Both the position numbers and the translations under genes were made by a program. 64,000 nucleotides of DNA from Scyliorhinus canicula (lineage: Eukaryota), in assembly GCF_902713615.1 (NCBI RefSeq), contig NC_052158.1:34947990-35011989 (forward strand), read 5' to 3'. Shown piece by piece: positions 62,841-64,000 of this stretch (position 1 is the first letter of the stretch; the number at the start of each line of letters is the position of its first letter). A model generated the notes under the pieces. It had not been told where the DNA came from and did no database searches. It worked only from the letters and a program-made list of their open reading frames with translations.

Positions 62841-63179
62841 TCCCATTTACAGTGAAAGGGCCAGACTCCCTCACTGTGGCCCACTTGGGTGAGGATGTGG
62901 TCCTCAGCTGTTTGGTGGTCCCCTTCACGCAGGACATGAAGCTGTGGGTCGAATGGAAGGATCTGGACACCAGAGCCACGATCCTGATGTGCGAGAGCGA
63001 TCGGACAGAGCCGTGCCAGGCCCTCGGGGGCAGAGCCCACCTCTTCGTGGGTCAGCCGGCGGCTGGAAACGTGTCAATCGGACTACGAGGGGTGAAGGAA
63101 TCTGACACTGGGACGTATCGGTGCACTGTCAGCTCCGATGGCCAGTCCAGCCACGTGGATATGGAGCTCACCGTTGTCG
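62841..63179 (+). CDS. Butyrophilin/B7/MOG-like IgV exon, copy 2 (339 nt, phase 1-1)
   Basis: Same splice sites and open frame; 9 nt differences from copy 1 by eye. Confidence 0.88.
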
Positions 63180-64000
63180 GTAAGATGGTTGGTGTTAACT
63201 GTGGTGTGCCTGACCCTTACCCTAACCTCCCCCCCCCCCACCGCAATCAGTAACGATCGCCGAGTATTCTGCCGTCCTCGCCCCCGGCAACGACGAAAAT
63301 CAAAATGAAATGAAAATGGCTTATTGTGACAAGCAGGCTTCAAGTGAAGTTACTGTGAAACGCCCATAGTCGCCACATTCCGGCGCCTGTTCCGGGAGGC
63401 TGGTACGGGAATTGAACTGTCCTGCTGGCCTATCTTGGTCTGTATTCAAAGCCAGCGATTTAGCCCTGTGCTAAACCAGCCCATCTCCATAATAAATAAA
63501 TCAATCCTTGAATATACATTACGCACCGGCGAGAAAAAGGAATATACTCTGACCCACTGGATACTTGAACCCCCAAGGATCTGCTCCCCCATCTCCTTCA
63601 TAAACACTGCCAATACCTCAAGACCCCCGCTCTCTTACTGGTCCACCCAATCCCCGCACATTCCATGTTACCATTCGGACTCTCTTCCCACCTCTCCCTC
63701 CTATCAGCCATGCCCACTCCATGGGGCATACCTAACCAGCCCCCCCGGCCCCCACCAACAACCTTCTAGGCCCACTGTTCTCCCAAAATGGCCCCTCCCA
63801 CCACCTGGCTCCCGCTCATTAGCCACCTTAAGTTTGCCAGCAAAGTGGCCCCACCAGAGCCCCTTCCCCCCGCCCCACGTACCGAACACAAAGACCATCA
63901 AAGAAACCACTCCCCACACAGCTCTTTTAAACAATCAAACATACTAAACACCACCCCAAGGGGAATAAAACCCGACCCGTTATCCCAACATCCCCAACCC

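Larger units (their letters stand above)
59807..64000. repeat. Tandem segmental duplication, ~2147-bp unit (59807-61953; 61954 to past the window edge)
   Basis: Colinear high identity across the Penelope hairpin, IgV exon, SINE and L1 endonuclease fragment. Confidence 0.95.

Overview
Repeat-rich vertebrate genomic DNA. The SINE, CR1 and Penelope repertoire suggests a cartilaginous fish (inference). Host genes: (1) exons 1-2 of HSD17B8 on the minus strand near the left edge; (2) a complete six-exon TRIM gene on the minus strand (18627-29127, 759 aa) with RING, a degenerate B-box, coiled coil and PRY/SPRY, whose last exon continues in frame into a ~235-aa Gly/Leu/Cys/Trp-rich repetitive hydrophobic tail, and which has an ISRE just upstream of its start codon; (3) two butyrophilin/B7-type IgV exons on the plus strand, one in each copy of a ~2.15-kb tandem duplication at the right edge, preceded by weaker candidate exons encoding TM-like segments. 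The gene mix suggests an MHC-linked region. Mobile elements: a decayed full-length Gypsy element with an apparent self-priming PBS and a YLDN RT motif, an intact L1-clade LINE with TSD and triplicated 5' monomers, a 5'-truncated L1 inserted at a TRIM splice donor, CR1 fragments, solo LTRs, Penelope palindromes with a minimal hammerhead motif, many tRNA-derived SINEs, and four large tandem repeats. The most unusual item is the TRIM-B30.2 protein with a putative polytopic membrane tail.
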